Shown here piece after piece: positions 25,401 through 38,600 of a stretch of 64,000 nucleotides of DNA. How positions within the stretch are numbered: position 1 is the stretch's first letter; every line of letters starts with the position of its first letter. Both the position numbers and the translations under genes were made by a program. The stretch is taken from positions 49,786,001 through 49,850,000 of the forward strand of contig OZ076417.1 in NCBI GenBank assembly GCA_964187785.1. The letters run 5' to 3'. This stretch comes from Amphiscolops sp. MND2022. Lineage: Eukaryota. Under the pieces are notes generated by a model that was not told the DNA's origin, did no database searches, and worked only from the letters and a program-made list of their open reading frames with translations.

Positions 25401-27071
25401 TTTCAAAGATTCATTTCTCCACAAATAATAGCCGCAGCTCCAATCGGTTTTCTGTTCCTGAAAGCCCGTTACCTAAGCTTTCAAATGTGCACTAGTTAGG
25501 TCGCGAGTTAGCGCCACTTGTTCGGGCCTTTCAAATATCGGTTGAACTCATAAATGAAGCTTCATCGAAAAAAACTTCTATATGCGTTTTCAATAGTGGC
25601 AAACTGTGTTACTAGAGTCGGACAGTAACTTAGCAAACAGTTGCTCAGTTATTGAGAGAAAACGAATTTTCTGAAATGTACTTTTTTTGCAATTTTTCAC
25701 TTTTTTCCAGTTACTTTTTGCCAGTGGCTCGGAAAAAAATCTATATTGACACAAATAACAATTCACACCAGATAGATTGTCCAATAGATGGTCGATAAGA
25801 AAGACAATTTTTCGTTTTCTTCTCTGCTTTTTGCGTATCGTAATTTATTATTGATTGCGAAAAAAAATCGCTGTCCTCATTTGAGGACGAAATCACTGTC
25901 GAGGCAATAAACGTTTTCTGACATACATGGGCAAACTTCTTCTTCTTTAGCATCAATCAAACCTTAGAAAAACGTTTACTTCCTTTTTTTCATGGTTTCG
26001 ATACTTTCGTGGGTTCATTTCAGCAGCTCCTAAATTTAGCAACAGTAATTGCAATTACATTTTAAACTTTTTGCAAAAGTGTTACGGTGCAGTTAGAACC
26101 ATGGTAATATAAAAGCAGCCATAAAGAAATAAACTGAATTGCTAACAACAGCGTTGATCTTAAATTGACCGAAAAAGGTAAAAATTACATTACTTCGCTT
26201 TTCATACGCGACTGGCTTAATCTTGTTGATTCTCCAAGGAGATTAAGAGCCCGTATGGTGGCCCGAAGTAACAAAAAGTGGGATTTGTTCAAGAAGACTT
26301 CTCTTTTACCAACCCGGAGATTTAGCCCTTAATTCGATCGACAAATTTGGGAATACAAGAACTCCGTATGATGTAACAACGTAAGCTTCGCATGCTTTTT
26401 TGCGAATGTGATTTTTTGCGTCAACCTCATTAGCATACCTAGTTGGTCAAATTCACGTGCCAAGAAAGAGGAAATCAAAGCAACGGCAACTAGTTCCTTT
26501 CATCGCTTTCTTTTTTCACCGTTTTCACTTATTTTGGAAAAAAATATTTCCAAGAAAACTAAAAAACGACTTTTTATATATTTTTTGGCTTAATTAAGAT
26601 GCAACATTTGCTGTGTCGTTGGAAGATTAGTCCAGTATTTTTCGCAATCGGGGCTCTCGCGAGGAAAATAGCTAGAATTTTGCATTTTTCTAATTAAAAC
26701 TTTCTTTGCGAAGAACACATTTCGGACAAACTATATAAAAGCATAATTTGCAGCGTATTTTGTGAGTTTTTCAGGAATTTTGTTTTCCCATGAGCAACAA
26801 CTTGCATTCATTCCGTGTTTATTTAACAATGTTAGTCTTCGATTAAAACGACAATTTAGTTTCAATTTTGAAAGAAAAGCCGCGCTCTTGTGTGAAAAGC
26901 CTGCTTTCCCTTCAAAAAATTGGTATTTCTGTTCTCTTTATTGACTTTTTTGGGATCAGAAAGGGTGAGACAAAAACTTAGAGCTTAATATAATGCTATA
27001 GTTTTAACAAAAAGGTGAAAAGTGATTTCATTTTCATTTTTTCGTGTAATGATTGCGACCATGAATTAAAC

Positions 27072-27548
27072 GGTTTAGTATCGTTTCACTCCACGTTCAT
27101 ATAACCCCACGTTCATTTAACCCCACATTCATTTCACCACAAATTCATTCACGGAACCCAAAAGTTTCACTCATTGGAAGTGTAATACATACTTCTGAAC
27201 AACGAGCTGAAAAATCAATTTTTCTGTTAATCGTTCAAAAAGGAGCTCTCGTTACGTAATCAAATCATCAACTATGATTTGCTGCTTTGTTGCTGCGAAT
27301 CTTCAGCAAAAATTTACGTATTCCGTTTTATTAGTCACGTAGGGCCAGAAACTGACAATCAAATCAAAGTTGACTCAAATTAGACAGTAGCCATCAAAGT
27401 CGTTAATTGGTTAATTAAGGCGAGACACTTTTGTATAATTATAATATGGTGTGAAAGGAACGTGGGGTGAAATGAATGTGGGGTGAAATGAACGTTGGGT
27501 GAAATGAACTTGGGGTGAAATGATTTTGTTGTAAAATGAACGCACACC
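27072..27548. mobile_element. Foldback/Mutator-type MITE
   Basis: GG...CC termini, inverted arrays of a 16-bp unit (ttcatttcaccccacg), and a perfect 9-bp TSD gaattaaac. Confidence 0.85.
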
Positions 27549-27725
27549 GAATTAAACTGAAATGTGCGAAAATGAAGATCGGATTGGGAAAATGGGATGA
27601 AAATAAAGATTCTTTTTTGAAACGCCCCGTTTTGGTGACTATCCTGTATAGACTTGGAATACGTGGGGTCTTGATGTATGAATTCGGAGTTAGTATGCTT
27701 CATTGAAATTTATGAGAATTTATGA

Positions 27726-27795
27726 GAAATTTATAAGATCATCCATGAATTTTGTATGCATGCATACAAAATTCATCGATGATCTTATTAATTTC
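27726..27795. repeat. 70-bp spacer-less palindrome
   Basis: 35-bp arms centred on tttgtatgca|tgcatacaaa, with 2 mismatches. Confidence 0.85.
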
Positions 27796-29782
27796 ATGGA
27801 AAATCATCCACTTTTCTTATTATAACCAGATATTAAGTGGATAATTTTCCAGGAACAAGCGATGACAGGCAATCTGGGTAGCGAAAAAAAAAAACAGATC
27901 AGAAATGACCAATAAATTTACTGATTTGCTTCTAGATCGATCTCTCTTTTTTTTCATAATCGAGGTTTCCGTTGGTAAACAAAAGACTGTGGTAATTTAT
28001 AAAGCTTTTGTCTGCTATTATAATTTTATAAAGAAATCAGTTTCAAAAATATGAAAAACTGTTCATTGTTTTGGCGTTAGGCCTTTTTGAATTTGAATCC
28101 AATGAGTTTAATGTACAGAATACGATATTGACTAGTTTTCTTTTGAAAAAAAAAAGAAATTAACACAACAAAACAAAGAAAAAAATCGAGGAGAAAATGG
28201 TTTTGTTCACGCTTCTTGACGAGGGGCATATGAACAAAATAACGGAATCAACAACAAAAGTAACCGATACTATACCATTGAAAAGACTTCAATAGGCCAA
28301 CACAATTGAGGTGTTACATAACCGGAAAATTCTGACGATCTGAAAATTTCAACAAATCCAGTTTCTTGCGACATCCAACACAAGAACTAACGGAAAAAAA
28401 ATAATGAAACTAACGGAAAATTCAAAAAATAATGAAACTAACGGATAAGCCTCGCTTATTATTGGACTGTGACTTCGAAAGAAGCCCCAATTTACGCAGA
28501 AAAGTGTGTTTTAGAGAGAAAAATTCGATCGATATCAATCTCATTTTCCCTCAAAATTCTGATACAAAAGATGAATCCACAAAATGGACGAAACCTTATA
28601 TCTAAGAAGTTTGGATAACTTCTGAAATAAATTATGCAAGGAAGCATATTCGTTCAAGGACAAGGAAAGAAAATTTGGAAACTGTCACAAAAATGCAAAA
28701 ATTATATACACTTTCAAGTACTCTCAGCAGTTATAACCTCCTGTAAAACATATAGGGGATACTCTAATTATATTTTCATGTCTTGGGTTTTTTTTCATGG
28801 AAAATACTATTATAGGGTCCTTTAAAACGTCATTTTTTATAGTGTAAAGTATTCAAATATATAGAGGTCACCGCTGATTTTTAGGCTAACAATAACACTT
28901 CGCCAAATCCCCATTTTAAGTTTTCCTTGCTTCGAAAATAAACAGACATGCTATTATTGTTTGAAGTGAGGTTCTATTTTGCTTAACCTGGAAAAACAGA
29001 CGTTGTAAAAATTCCAGGAATCTTATTGCCAGTTGTTAAGGGTTGTTAATTGCGTCACTCAATTCCTTATCGTCAATCATTAAACTTATGAAAACAAAAT
29101 TTCGAAAACGATTGTTGATTAAATTTTCTCATGAACATTTAAAATACAAGAAACTAAAAACCAGGACTCAAGTGCACAGAAACGAAAGTGCAATCTGAAA
29201 GGGGACATTTTTTCTGAAAACAACGTTGCACTAGCCGTTACTGTCAGTTCGAAAAATTTCGTGACAATTTATTCAATAGCTGCCCAAAATGGAGAATATT
29301 TAATCAACGTTTCTTTTTCTCATTCATTTGCAATTTTTCCGCGCTTCTTGGAAAGACAAGAGCTTCAAGTTTCCAGCGTATCGAAAAAAAAACAAAGAAC
29401 AGGGAAGCTTCATTTTTTTATTCAAGGAAACATTCTAGAAAATTTTCCACCAAAAATGTAAGATATTGTGAATCAATCAAATATATATTGCAAAATATCG
29501 TTTCGAATAAAACTCCTTTGCTATCTCAAAATGTGATGTTTTGTGTTCACGTTTGTTCATATTTTTTTGTGAATTCTTTTAAAATTTCAGTTGAGAGGTT
29601 GTGAATTCTTTTAATATTTCAGTTGAAAGTTAGTTGATTTGCCGCCAATTTTGAGAACCATATTGGGTGATTGATTTCTGATCCAAATAAACTGTTTCTC
29701 TCCTACTTACTCTTTCAAAACGATGTGTAGGCCATGTTATGACTACAGTTACATCACTTTTCAACGAGATATATCCCGGGAT

Positions 29783-29974
29783 ATTCCAACAAGCAACAGC
29801 TTCAATTTTTTCAACAAATTTTTCATTTTTTTGGGAAAAGCTAATCAAAGACTATATAACTTTCAAAACAAGTTTAAAAAAAAAACAGAAAGAAGCTGTA
29901 AGAATAATGATTAGCTTTTCCCAAAAAAAATTGAAAAATTTGTTGAAAAAATTGAAGCTGTTGCTTGTTGGAAT
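29783..29974. repeat. Inverted repeat with ~64-bp arms (MITE-like)
   Basis: attccaacaagcaacagcttcaattttttcaacaaatttttca...gggaaaagctaa and its reverse complement at ~29911-29974. No TSD seen. Confidence 0.6.
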
Positions 29975-30964
29975 CTAAATAAACGTGCAGTAAATAAATA
30001 CTGCTTCAAAATACTTTTAAAAAATTGCAGAGTTTGGGCACTTGTTGAACATGGCATTTGAAAAACATTTATCGACCTAATTGGAATTTCAATTTTTGCC
30101 ATGTTTGAAAACTTCATGAAACTCTTCAACAACAAACTTGTTCAACCTTTTTTTGAAAAGATTTCACGAGAAGCTTATTCCAGTTTCAAGATCTTATAAC
30201 CTGAAGGTTGATTCTAGTCCATAAAATGTTCATTTGTCAAATTAGGCATCAAAAACATTTGATGTTTAGCCGATCCGACACCTTTTTGCCCCGAACATTG
30301 TTTACCACAAAATTGGGAAATTTTCTGGTGTACTGGATGTACTGAGGTTGTTGGAACTGTCAAACTGTCTTCAGTTTGAAGATAAAAAAGCTGCAAAAAC
30401 AGAAACATGGACAAAATGAACGTTTTTTTTTTCATTTTTTTCTTCACAAAAACACAGAGGATTTTTTTTGACAAATTTTATAAACCTCAAAAAGATGCGC
30501 AGAGTACAACTCAACTAGGAGTGAAACAATTTCAAAAACCTATTACCATTTCCTAGAAAAGACTTCAAATTGGGAGAATTTTCATTTCGTCTGAAAAAAA
30601 CACGGGTGCAACTTTTTTGACATTTTTTCTGAAGAAAAGGTATTGCTTTTTTACGCCATGTAGGATATGTTCAGTTTCCCGAAATTGTCTTCATTGTAAA
30701 GATAAAAACTGAATAAAAGGGAAAAACGAAAATGTTTCACGTTTTTTTAATCGAAAAAATTACGAAACAAAGTTTGAAACGGAAAGCAAAACATGTCAGC
30801 AAGACACATTTCAACTCACTGAAAGCCGAACAAGATATGTGTTTTTTCTCAATCACGGAAGCCATATAAAGTTCCAACCCCAAAAAAGGAGGTCAAAAGG
30901 CAACGTTTTGCTCCGCTGTCCAGAAGTTATTGAAAAAAGGAGACATTTTATTGAGAACTAATTG

Positions 30965-32162
30965 CATTAGAGTGCACAGGCAAGCTTAATTTGCTCAAAG
31001 CGCAATTTTGTGCTCCGGGGTTGACCCTCTTACTAGCATCTTGGCTGTCTTGGCAAGATCTTGCCAAATTCTTACCACATCTTGGCAACCATGGATCCCA
31101 TGTCAAGATTCTTATTAAGATCTTACTAAGATAATACTTATTCCAAGATCGTATCTTATCACGATGGACAAAATTTTAAGATTATAAAAAAACACTATAC
31201 CTTCGGTACAAGCAGCCGAGACTATTTCTACTCGTTTTCATAATCAAAATGCTTAAACATGCTGAAAAATTTTGCATGCAAAAATGCGTGAAAAATTACG
31301 ATAACGTAGTCTGGCTTCCAAAATTTTGACGAGAATCCTAATATCTGCTCACCTGTTTAGGACTGAGAAATGCGAATGTACCAAAGGAAATGTCATTTCA
31401 AGGGCTTTCCAAAACTTAAAATTTATCACTCCTGTCGATTCCAGAGACGGAGAAATATGCTCTCAAACGTCCAGACCCACTATCGGAAAGTTACAATGGA
31501 AATACCTTAAAATCCGGAAATTTTTTGTAGGAATCTTATTTCCAGCTTCCTTTGAGCCTTTTTCAGCAGCCAAATTACTCCTAGAAACGGCGGTCATTGC
31601 TCTAATTTGGTTAATGATTCAGCTCAAGGCTTTTCTGACGCCGTTGTTGGCGACAGTTTTGCAATTTAAACGACAATTTAACCAGCGTCTTCCTAAATAA
31701 ATTTCTCTTCAATCAAATTTTATACATTGCTAACAACAGTTTTAATGTCTAACAATATAAATCTGCAGAAATAGTGATTTTTGTTGACTTCCTTTCAGAT
31801 TTTTTCTTTCCAAATAGGATTTCGCAATAAAATTTTTCTTGGGAACATGGCTCTCTTTATAAGATCTTACCATGACATCTTGCAATTCTTGCCAATATCT
31901 TGGCAAGATCTTAGCTAAGATTTTTCCAAGATCTTGGCAAGATCTTGCCAAGATCTTACTAAGATATCCATGAAGGGTCGACCCGGGCTTTCAATACCTC
32001 GGATTCCACGACCATACCTTAAACCGTGCGAAACACTTCGTGGATTCCAAGACACGCTCAACATCAAAGGTAAATTTTGTCCTGGATTCCACGACTTTTC
32101 TCAATTTTAGTGTCCCGCATTCCACGAAAAGCAGCAAAATAGCTTGCCTGTGCACTGTAATG
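30965..32162. mobile_element. Non-autonomous DNA transposon with 2-bp TSD, present only in unit 1
   Basis: 22-bp TIR CATTA(G/C)AGTGCACAGGCAAGCT. The empty site actaat-tg-agaaatcc in units 2 and 3 defines the TSD as TG. Confidence 0.85.
31015..31987. mobile_element. Nested non-autonomous DNA transposon with CC...GGG termini (EnSpm/CMC-like, tentative)
   Basis: 14-bp imperfect TIR CC(C/G)GGGT(C/T)GACCCT, subterminal caagatcttg(g/c) repeats, and CT on both flanks. Related repeats occur at ~4660-4860. Confidence 0.6.
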
Positions 32163-33488
32163 TGAGAAATCCTGAGAACTAACTTATGCGACACCGCTTT
32201 TCATCATCAAAATCCCCAATCTCCTTTAGAAATAGTAATCAAGATCGGTAATCGGAAAACGCTTTACATTTTTAATGCACCCCAACAGCGGTTTTTGATT
32301 TTTAAAAGCAGAAATTTTTAAATGTAAATCGATTGCCATGATACACTGACTTCAAAAACAACCCGAGAATTGATGCAAATTTTGATTACATCCGCGAAAA
32401 GTGCATCCATTTTGTCAAATTGAAGAACAAATAGAATTTTTTCCCGACAATTTATTGATCTAATGCACCCGTTGATTTCTTGAACTAATGCATGTTTTTG
32501 AAGCAACGCTGCTACAAAGGTAACGCAATTAATGGCGGAGGTTACGTAATAATTAAAAGCTGTGTTTGAAAATGGTTACGTAATCGCTAATGTGTGCATT
32601 TGAAAGTGTCGTGGGCTTGTTTGTAACTAAAAGTGACATCTAAACCCATGCGATTTGGCGCGTGAATGAATTTTGTTAGGTATCCTGAATGACAAAAAGT
32701 GCTGTCGATGGCTGGACCGGTTGGTAACTGGTATTAGGCAGGTACCGTGCTCTTTTGTCAAGTGAAGGATGGTATGAGTTGGTAAGTTATCGTGAAGTAG
32801 AATCGAAAGAACCTCTAACGGTTAATAGGGCATATAGCTTACATATGACCGCATTTTGGACACTCAATTCAACATTTATACCATCCTATGACTTCATAAT
32901 AGTGCCAACCAAAAAGCAACGGGACAAAGAATGTAATTGCGACATCTAATTCAGCGCCACATTCAAGATATTTCCTTTTTAGGATACGCATACCCCCTCC
33001 CTCCCAAAAAAAAATTTCCCCCGGGGCAAGCTGGAAAGTGCTCAAGTAATCATGCACTTTATTCTCAAGGATATAAGATACAAAAAGAAGAAAGAGGGCG
33101 AATTGCCACTAAGGATAGATAAGTTCAATACTGTAACTTTTTGGGCGTAAATATAGTTATAGCAGCATGAACAATTCTACATGTTTCTATTTCGAAATTC
33201 GCTTTACAAGGCATAGAAAGAAAAAAGCCATTGTACAAAGGAATTAAGAACATGTGGTTACCAAATTAGCTTTCGACTATTTTAAATTTGTTGTCTACAG
33301 CTATTTACAAACTATATTAAAAGACTAGGATTGATCTTAATATCGGTTATATTCGTTAGTACAAGATGAAATATACAGTAACTCCTTACCTCCTCTAACT
33401 CAGAACTAGCTTGGCGATTCGTAACACGGTGCATAAAAAGATTGAAGAGATTACTTTAACTCAAACAAAAATCACAAAATCGTTTTTT

Positions 33489-33968
33489 AAACAAGCCGGA
33501 AACGGCATAAGTCAGGGCCATATGTCTAAGACTCAAAAATAGCAAAAGGACTTCAAAGTGTCAAGTATTGTCTTCTAGAGTACCTGAAAAACCCAATAGT
33601 TGCACCGAATTGGGGCACCGGGCGCGCTAGTGCGGGCCGTTGGCGCGCTAACAAGGGGGACCCTTTCGGATTTTTTAACACCCATTCTGTTGCAAAATAC
33701 TTTCAATTTTTTCAATACAAAAAATTTTCCATAAAAGTCTCACAATGCCGAAAAAAATTGAAAGGGGGACCTTTTAGTCTCGCACGGTAATGTATGTTAT
33801 GTAAAAAGGGAACAACCTCTTCGGTTCAGTTCCCCAGGCCAAATGGTTCAACTTGACACCTTAAAATTTCGTAGAACTTTGTAGAACTATTTTGGTAGAT
33901 TTGGGTGGATTGAAAAAAAGAGTCACTAGTATGGTCGCGTTTCACTTCATGAAGCGCCGAATAAAAAA
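33489..33968 (-). mobile_element. HINE copy in the array host block (paralogues at 41018-41497, 48547-49025, 53900-54375)
   Basis: aaacaagccggaaacggcataagtcagggcc at one end and gtcgcgtttcacttcatgaagcgccgaataaaa at the other. Confidence 0.7.
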
Positions 33969-34182
33969 AGGCAAAAAGAAACAAAAATTGACAAACAAGA
34001 AAACAAGAAGTAAAAAGCGGAAAAGATCTAACGGAATAAGATCTAAAACAATCACAAGTCTCAAATTGACATGGATGGGGCGTTCTCCGCCAATAACAAA
34101 GTGTTACATCTTATTCCATTAGATCTTATTCCGTCCTCTCAAAAAGAAGTACAGTCATTATTGCAGGACATCCGTATAGCTA

Positions 34183-35262
34183 CAGTGCAGCTCGATAAAT
34201 TCGCGCTCGGATATTACGTAACCTGGTTTATTACGTAATGAAAACCGATCTCGCGCACTGTGAAAGCTCTGTTAATTCGCTCTCGCTTGAATCGCATCTT
34301 CGTGTATTAGGTAACAATTTTCCGTGTCCTATCAACTAACTATTTAGCGGTAATCGTAACTTGTACTCCGCATTCTTTAAACAACACTATAAACAGTGGA
34401 GCAATACGTGTGAATAATGTTTTAATCTCAAATACCAGATTTGTAACAGGTTTTAAACACATCAGAAATTCATTTGCTTTACTACCAATTACGAATCAAC
34501 CAAACAAACGGTCTCATGTGGATTAAACGTTGACGCAAAAATTGATGTTATTCTGTACTTCGAGAAACATCTGCTGAGAAAAAAAGAGAGAGCGCGAAAC
34601 ATTTTCATATACTGGAAACAACTCTCAATGTCTGGTAAAAACAAAGCAAAGTTGAAAGAACAATTTTCTCCGATGAGCAAAACTCAAATTATAGACACCA
34701 TTCAACCACAAAGTTCAGCTGCATTGATGCACCTTCAATGAAAAGGTTTCTTTGAGCGATATCGACAAGAATTGCGATAGATGGTGGAACACTGAGACTG
34801 AAACCAGAGGATCGTTCGTCACTCTTCGATTCATCGGAACCCGAACTAACAAAAGGATGGAAGGATCGACGGATGAAACGTAATATATCGAACAAGACGC
34901 CCGCTAAGCACCGGGATATTTTCGGCGACATGCTTATTGCAAGAAAAGTATGGCGAAGGAGAGGTTCGAACCCACGACCTACTGGCTGGGAAACAAAAAA
35001 ATTCGAGCATCAGCCCGGGTTCAAGCCTAGGACCTACAACCTCACCGAGCCACCATAATTGAAGTAACTAAGTGCATAAATGGATTGGAGATAAAGTGGA
35101 GTTTTGGCGGAATTAGTGAAAAAAAACGCATCACAGATCATGATTTTCCTCCCCCATTTATTTGGGCGGAAAATAACAAACGAGAGTATGCGCTGAAGGA
35201 GAGCGTGTCATCTGGAATTGTTCTCGATTGGAGAGAACACCAGATAGCAATTCGGGTATTGT
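34183..35262 (+). pseudogene. 5' half of a pogo/Tigger transposon remnant, cut by the LTR (paralogues at 41712-42793, 49239-50322)
   Basis: Putative TA|CAGTG start. Fragments MSGK..SKVERTIFSDEQ (N-terminal HTH-like) and ESVSSGIVLDWREH. In unit 4 the same sequence continues into the FNGDETG motif. Confidence 0.65.
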
Positions 35263-35464
35263 TGTAGACTCGCAGAAAAGATAGAATTAAGAAGTTGAAT
35301 TAAGAAGAGAATGTTCTCAAGAGCATAGAGTAACAGATTATCAGTATCTATACGTATAGCATCGTAGGCAACAACTAAATGATGGGGATGTTCTATATAG
35401 TTCATAGGCAGGTACTTGAATGTTCAATTAAGTCTGTCTAGACTATGTAACTTTCACCTCTACA
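35263..35464 (-). mobile_element. 3' LTR (202 bp) of the Ty3/Gypsy element, unit 1
   Basis: TGTAGA...TCTACA 6-bp inverted termini. Immediately preceded on the minus strand by the polypurine tract AAGAGGGGGGAA (35465-35476). Confidence 0.85.
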
Positions 35465-35609
35465 TTCCCCCCTCTTCGGGATTGTGGGAACAATTCTTGA
35501 GTGTCTCAGGCGTTCTTGTTTTCGGCCTTGTTTGTTGGCTGTGTTCCGGATGAAGTGTACAACCTTCTTTTGGCTTTTTGGCTTCGGATCTAGAATAATT
35601 CGAAAGTTG

Positions 35610-38600
35610 TCAAAAGTATTCTATGCCACCCATTTTATTAACTCTTTTCGCGTTTTTGATTCTATTGGATCTACGGATCCCTTTTTCCCCCTCTACGATT
35701 TTTGGCTTGTTCTCCCCGACCTCTATATTAAATTCTACTACACCTTTATTTACTGAATTTGGGCCCTTTTGTGGTGATCCTGTTGGGGTTTGGTCAGGGT
35801 CCTTGTTAGTACGGTGTTGTGCCAATTCCGTACTACAGCTGACGGGTGGTAGGATCTCGGGTGTTTGGCTTTCCTCCGATCTGGCCGTTGTCTCGTCTGT
35901 GTTGTTGTTATTGTACTTTATGTCTGCCGTGACGGTGATTTCAGTGTCAGTATTGTCCGTGAGCGGTGGTTCTTCCGCTTGGGATGACTGACTGTCGGAG
36001 ATTATGGTGACATCCGGGATTTTTTCGGTCTGTTTGGCGGGCATCATTGGGAATGTTTCCGAGCTGGTCGATTGTTTTTGTAACTCTGATTTTACCCTTT
36101 TGTGGGTATCGCATAGTTCTCCGTTGCTGAATCGTCCGCATCTTGTGCACCGTTTGGTCGGTTTTCTGGTCTCCTCGCTTTTCTTCAATGGCTGAAATTT
36201 TAAAGGGTTAGATGCCAGTTTCTTATGGTTGATTTTACCATCAGTAGTTGTTATGGTATGTTTGGTCTCTCTGGCTGCAGTTAAAATTTTATCCGTTTTA
36301 AATCTACATTTTAGTGCATTGGGTTTGTTTTCTTTTTCGAAGAATTGGTAGCTTTTAAAATTGTCGCTTACCGATCGTCCCCTCTTTCTTGACTCATTGA
36401 GTATCAAGTAATCGGCCAGTTCCCCATCTGAGTCGTGTATCGTAAAAACTTGTAATTCGGCAGGCTGGGCTAAAATGTAATTTGTTAATGTTTTCTTCCA
36501 AACCGTTAATAAGCAATTTGGTTGACCAATCAGATTAGTTATCGGCGTGCGTGGTTTTCTCCCGTAGTGTAATTGGAAAGGTGTCATTTTCAGAGTGCTA
36601 TGTTGTGTTTGCCTAATAGTTTTAATTGCCTTATTGACACTTTCTTCAAAGTTAGATTGTCTTCTAAATTGGCTCTAGTTAACGACTTAATTGTGCGAAT
36701 TGTTCTTTCGACCAATCCGGTTCCCGTATGTAAATTCGGTGTGCACCGTATTCTTGTAATAATTTCGCTGTTGCAGTAGTCTTTAAATTCTTTGCTTTTA
36801 AAGCAGCTACCGTTGTCGGTACGTATGGTTTGTGGCGTTCCGTTATCGGCACAGTATTTTATTAAAAATTTTATTACGGTTTGAGAGTCCCTGTGTTTAC
36901 AAATTTGGGCCGTTGGCCATTTGCATAAACGGTCGATCGCAACTAACATATAGACATTTCCGCGTGATTTTGATTTTATCGGGCCAGCGAAGTTTAGTTG
37001 GATTTCTTGTCCAGGTTCGGTTAAAATTTCGAGTCTATTTGTCTCCGATTGTGGTATTTGTGTTTTTAAGTTCTTACCTGCGATTCGGCAGCTTGGGCAA
37101 TTTTCAGCTTTGTCTCTGATCTCACGATGGATGCCTGGCCACCAGAAGGCCTCCGCGGACTTGTCCATCTTGTTGATAGATACATGGCCATTGTGTAGCA
37201 TGGTGATAATCGTCGGTCTCATCGCTTCTGGAATAACTATGCGGTCATTGTAAAAAAGTAATCCGAAGCGGGTTTCAAGGTGTTCGCGGTGTGGGCGATA
37301 TCGATAAAAGATGCCGTCGCGGTTCCCAGTTTCCAGTGCGATGATAGCGTCTAATATCTTGGTGTCTTGTGCCGTTTCCCCGACCAGCATTGGCAGATCC
37401 ATTGCGAATTCTCTTTCGGCCTTTTTAATCATCCCTGCCGTTTTTTCGTTTCTGTCTTCTGGCAGCGTATTTCGTTTAGCGGTTTGTTTTAGTCGGATTA
37501 GATTGACACTTTCGTGTTTTTTGAACTTTTTCAAGATGTTTGTTGGACATTTCTCTGTTTTTAGGTGGCTAATTTGGCTTTCGTTGTCTAAAGACACATT
37601 AATCCAGGATTCATGGATGTTTTCGTTGAATTCTCTCAGGGGTGTAGTCCCCAGGCTTTCGCAATAATTGAAGAATCGATTGTAGATCATTATGTTGATT
37701 CGTTCGATTTCTTTCCTGTCTTGTTGTGAAGGACGGTACTGTTGTATGCGTTCGTTTTTGCTGCCTTTTCCTACGATTCTGGTACGATTAGGTTGTAGGA
37801 TTTTATTTCTTTCGGAGCGAAGTTTACTTGTTTCTGGGGAATATCCCCGTTTTTTGAAAATAAATTCGATGTCAATTCCATTGACTTTATCCATTTTTGA
37901 CATTGGCGGTACTTTATTCTCAAAGTTTGTGCTGTTTGACGGTTCAATTTTGTTTCGCGGTGAGAAAGTTTGAATTGAGTCTCTGTTGTTGGTTTGTTCA
38001 CGTGTTTGTTTTGTGCGTTGTGATTGGTTAGATTTTGATGCCGATGACTGTCGTTGGATGTGTTGCGTAATACTACCGTTCGTGCGATTGAACTCGAATA
38101 AGCCATATATCTGGTTTATTTTGAATTCTTCTTCGGCTTCTTTTTCTTCGTTCTCGCATGGTGTTTCCGCTTGGCGTTCAGTGAGTATCGGGTGTCGGCT
38201 TAGATAATCCGTTAATGGAATATTCTTGCCTGCGGTGTATTGCACATTCACATCGAAATGGCTTAGACGGTCTAACCACCGTGTGAGTCTTGCACTATAT
38301 TGTTTATGGGCTCGATTGCGCTTTAATAAAGGTTGTAACGCTTGATGGTCGGTCAGGAGGTTTACTTTTTTTCCGTATACGTAATACCTGAAATATTCGA
38401 GTCCCCATAAGAGGCCTAATAATTCCAGTTCGTTTATGGCGTATTTTCTTTCACAATCAGTGAGAAATCTGCTGGCAAAGGCTATTGGCCTGAAGTTTTC
38501 ATCCTCTTTTTGCCATAGGGTTGCCCCTAGTCCGGTATTACATGCGTCTGTTGTTATAAAATTATCTTTTTTTTGGATCAAAGTGTGCTAAGCATGGTGC

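Noticed and set aside
34955-35050. tRNA gene in the array host block (GGTTCGAACC)
   Set aside because: Only B-box-like motifs are present, with no cloverleaf. At most it is a SINE fragment within the pogo remnant.
35623-38207. Plus-strand ORFs of 60-122 aa overlapping pol, repeated in each unit
   Set aside because: They are antisense shadows of the pol frame with no recognisable motifs. Their recurrence reflects the DNA duplication only.
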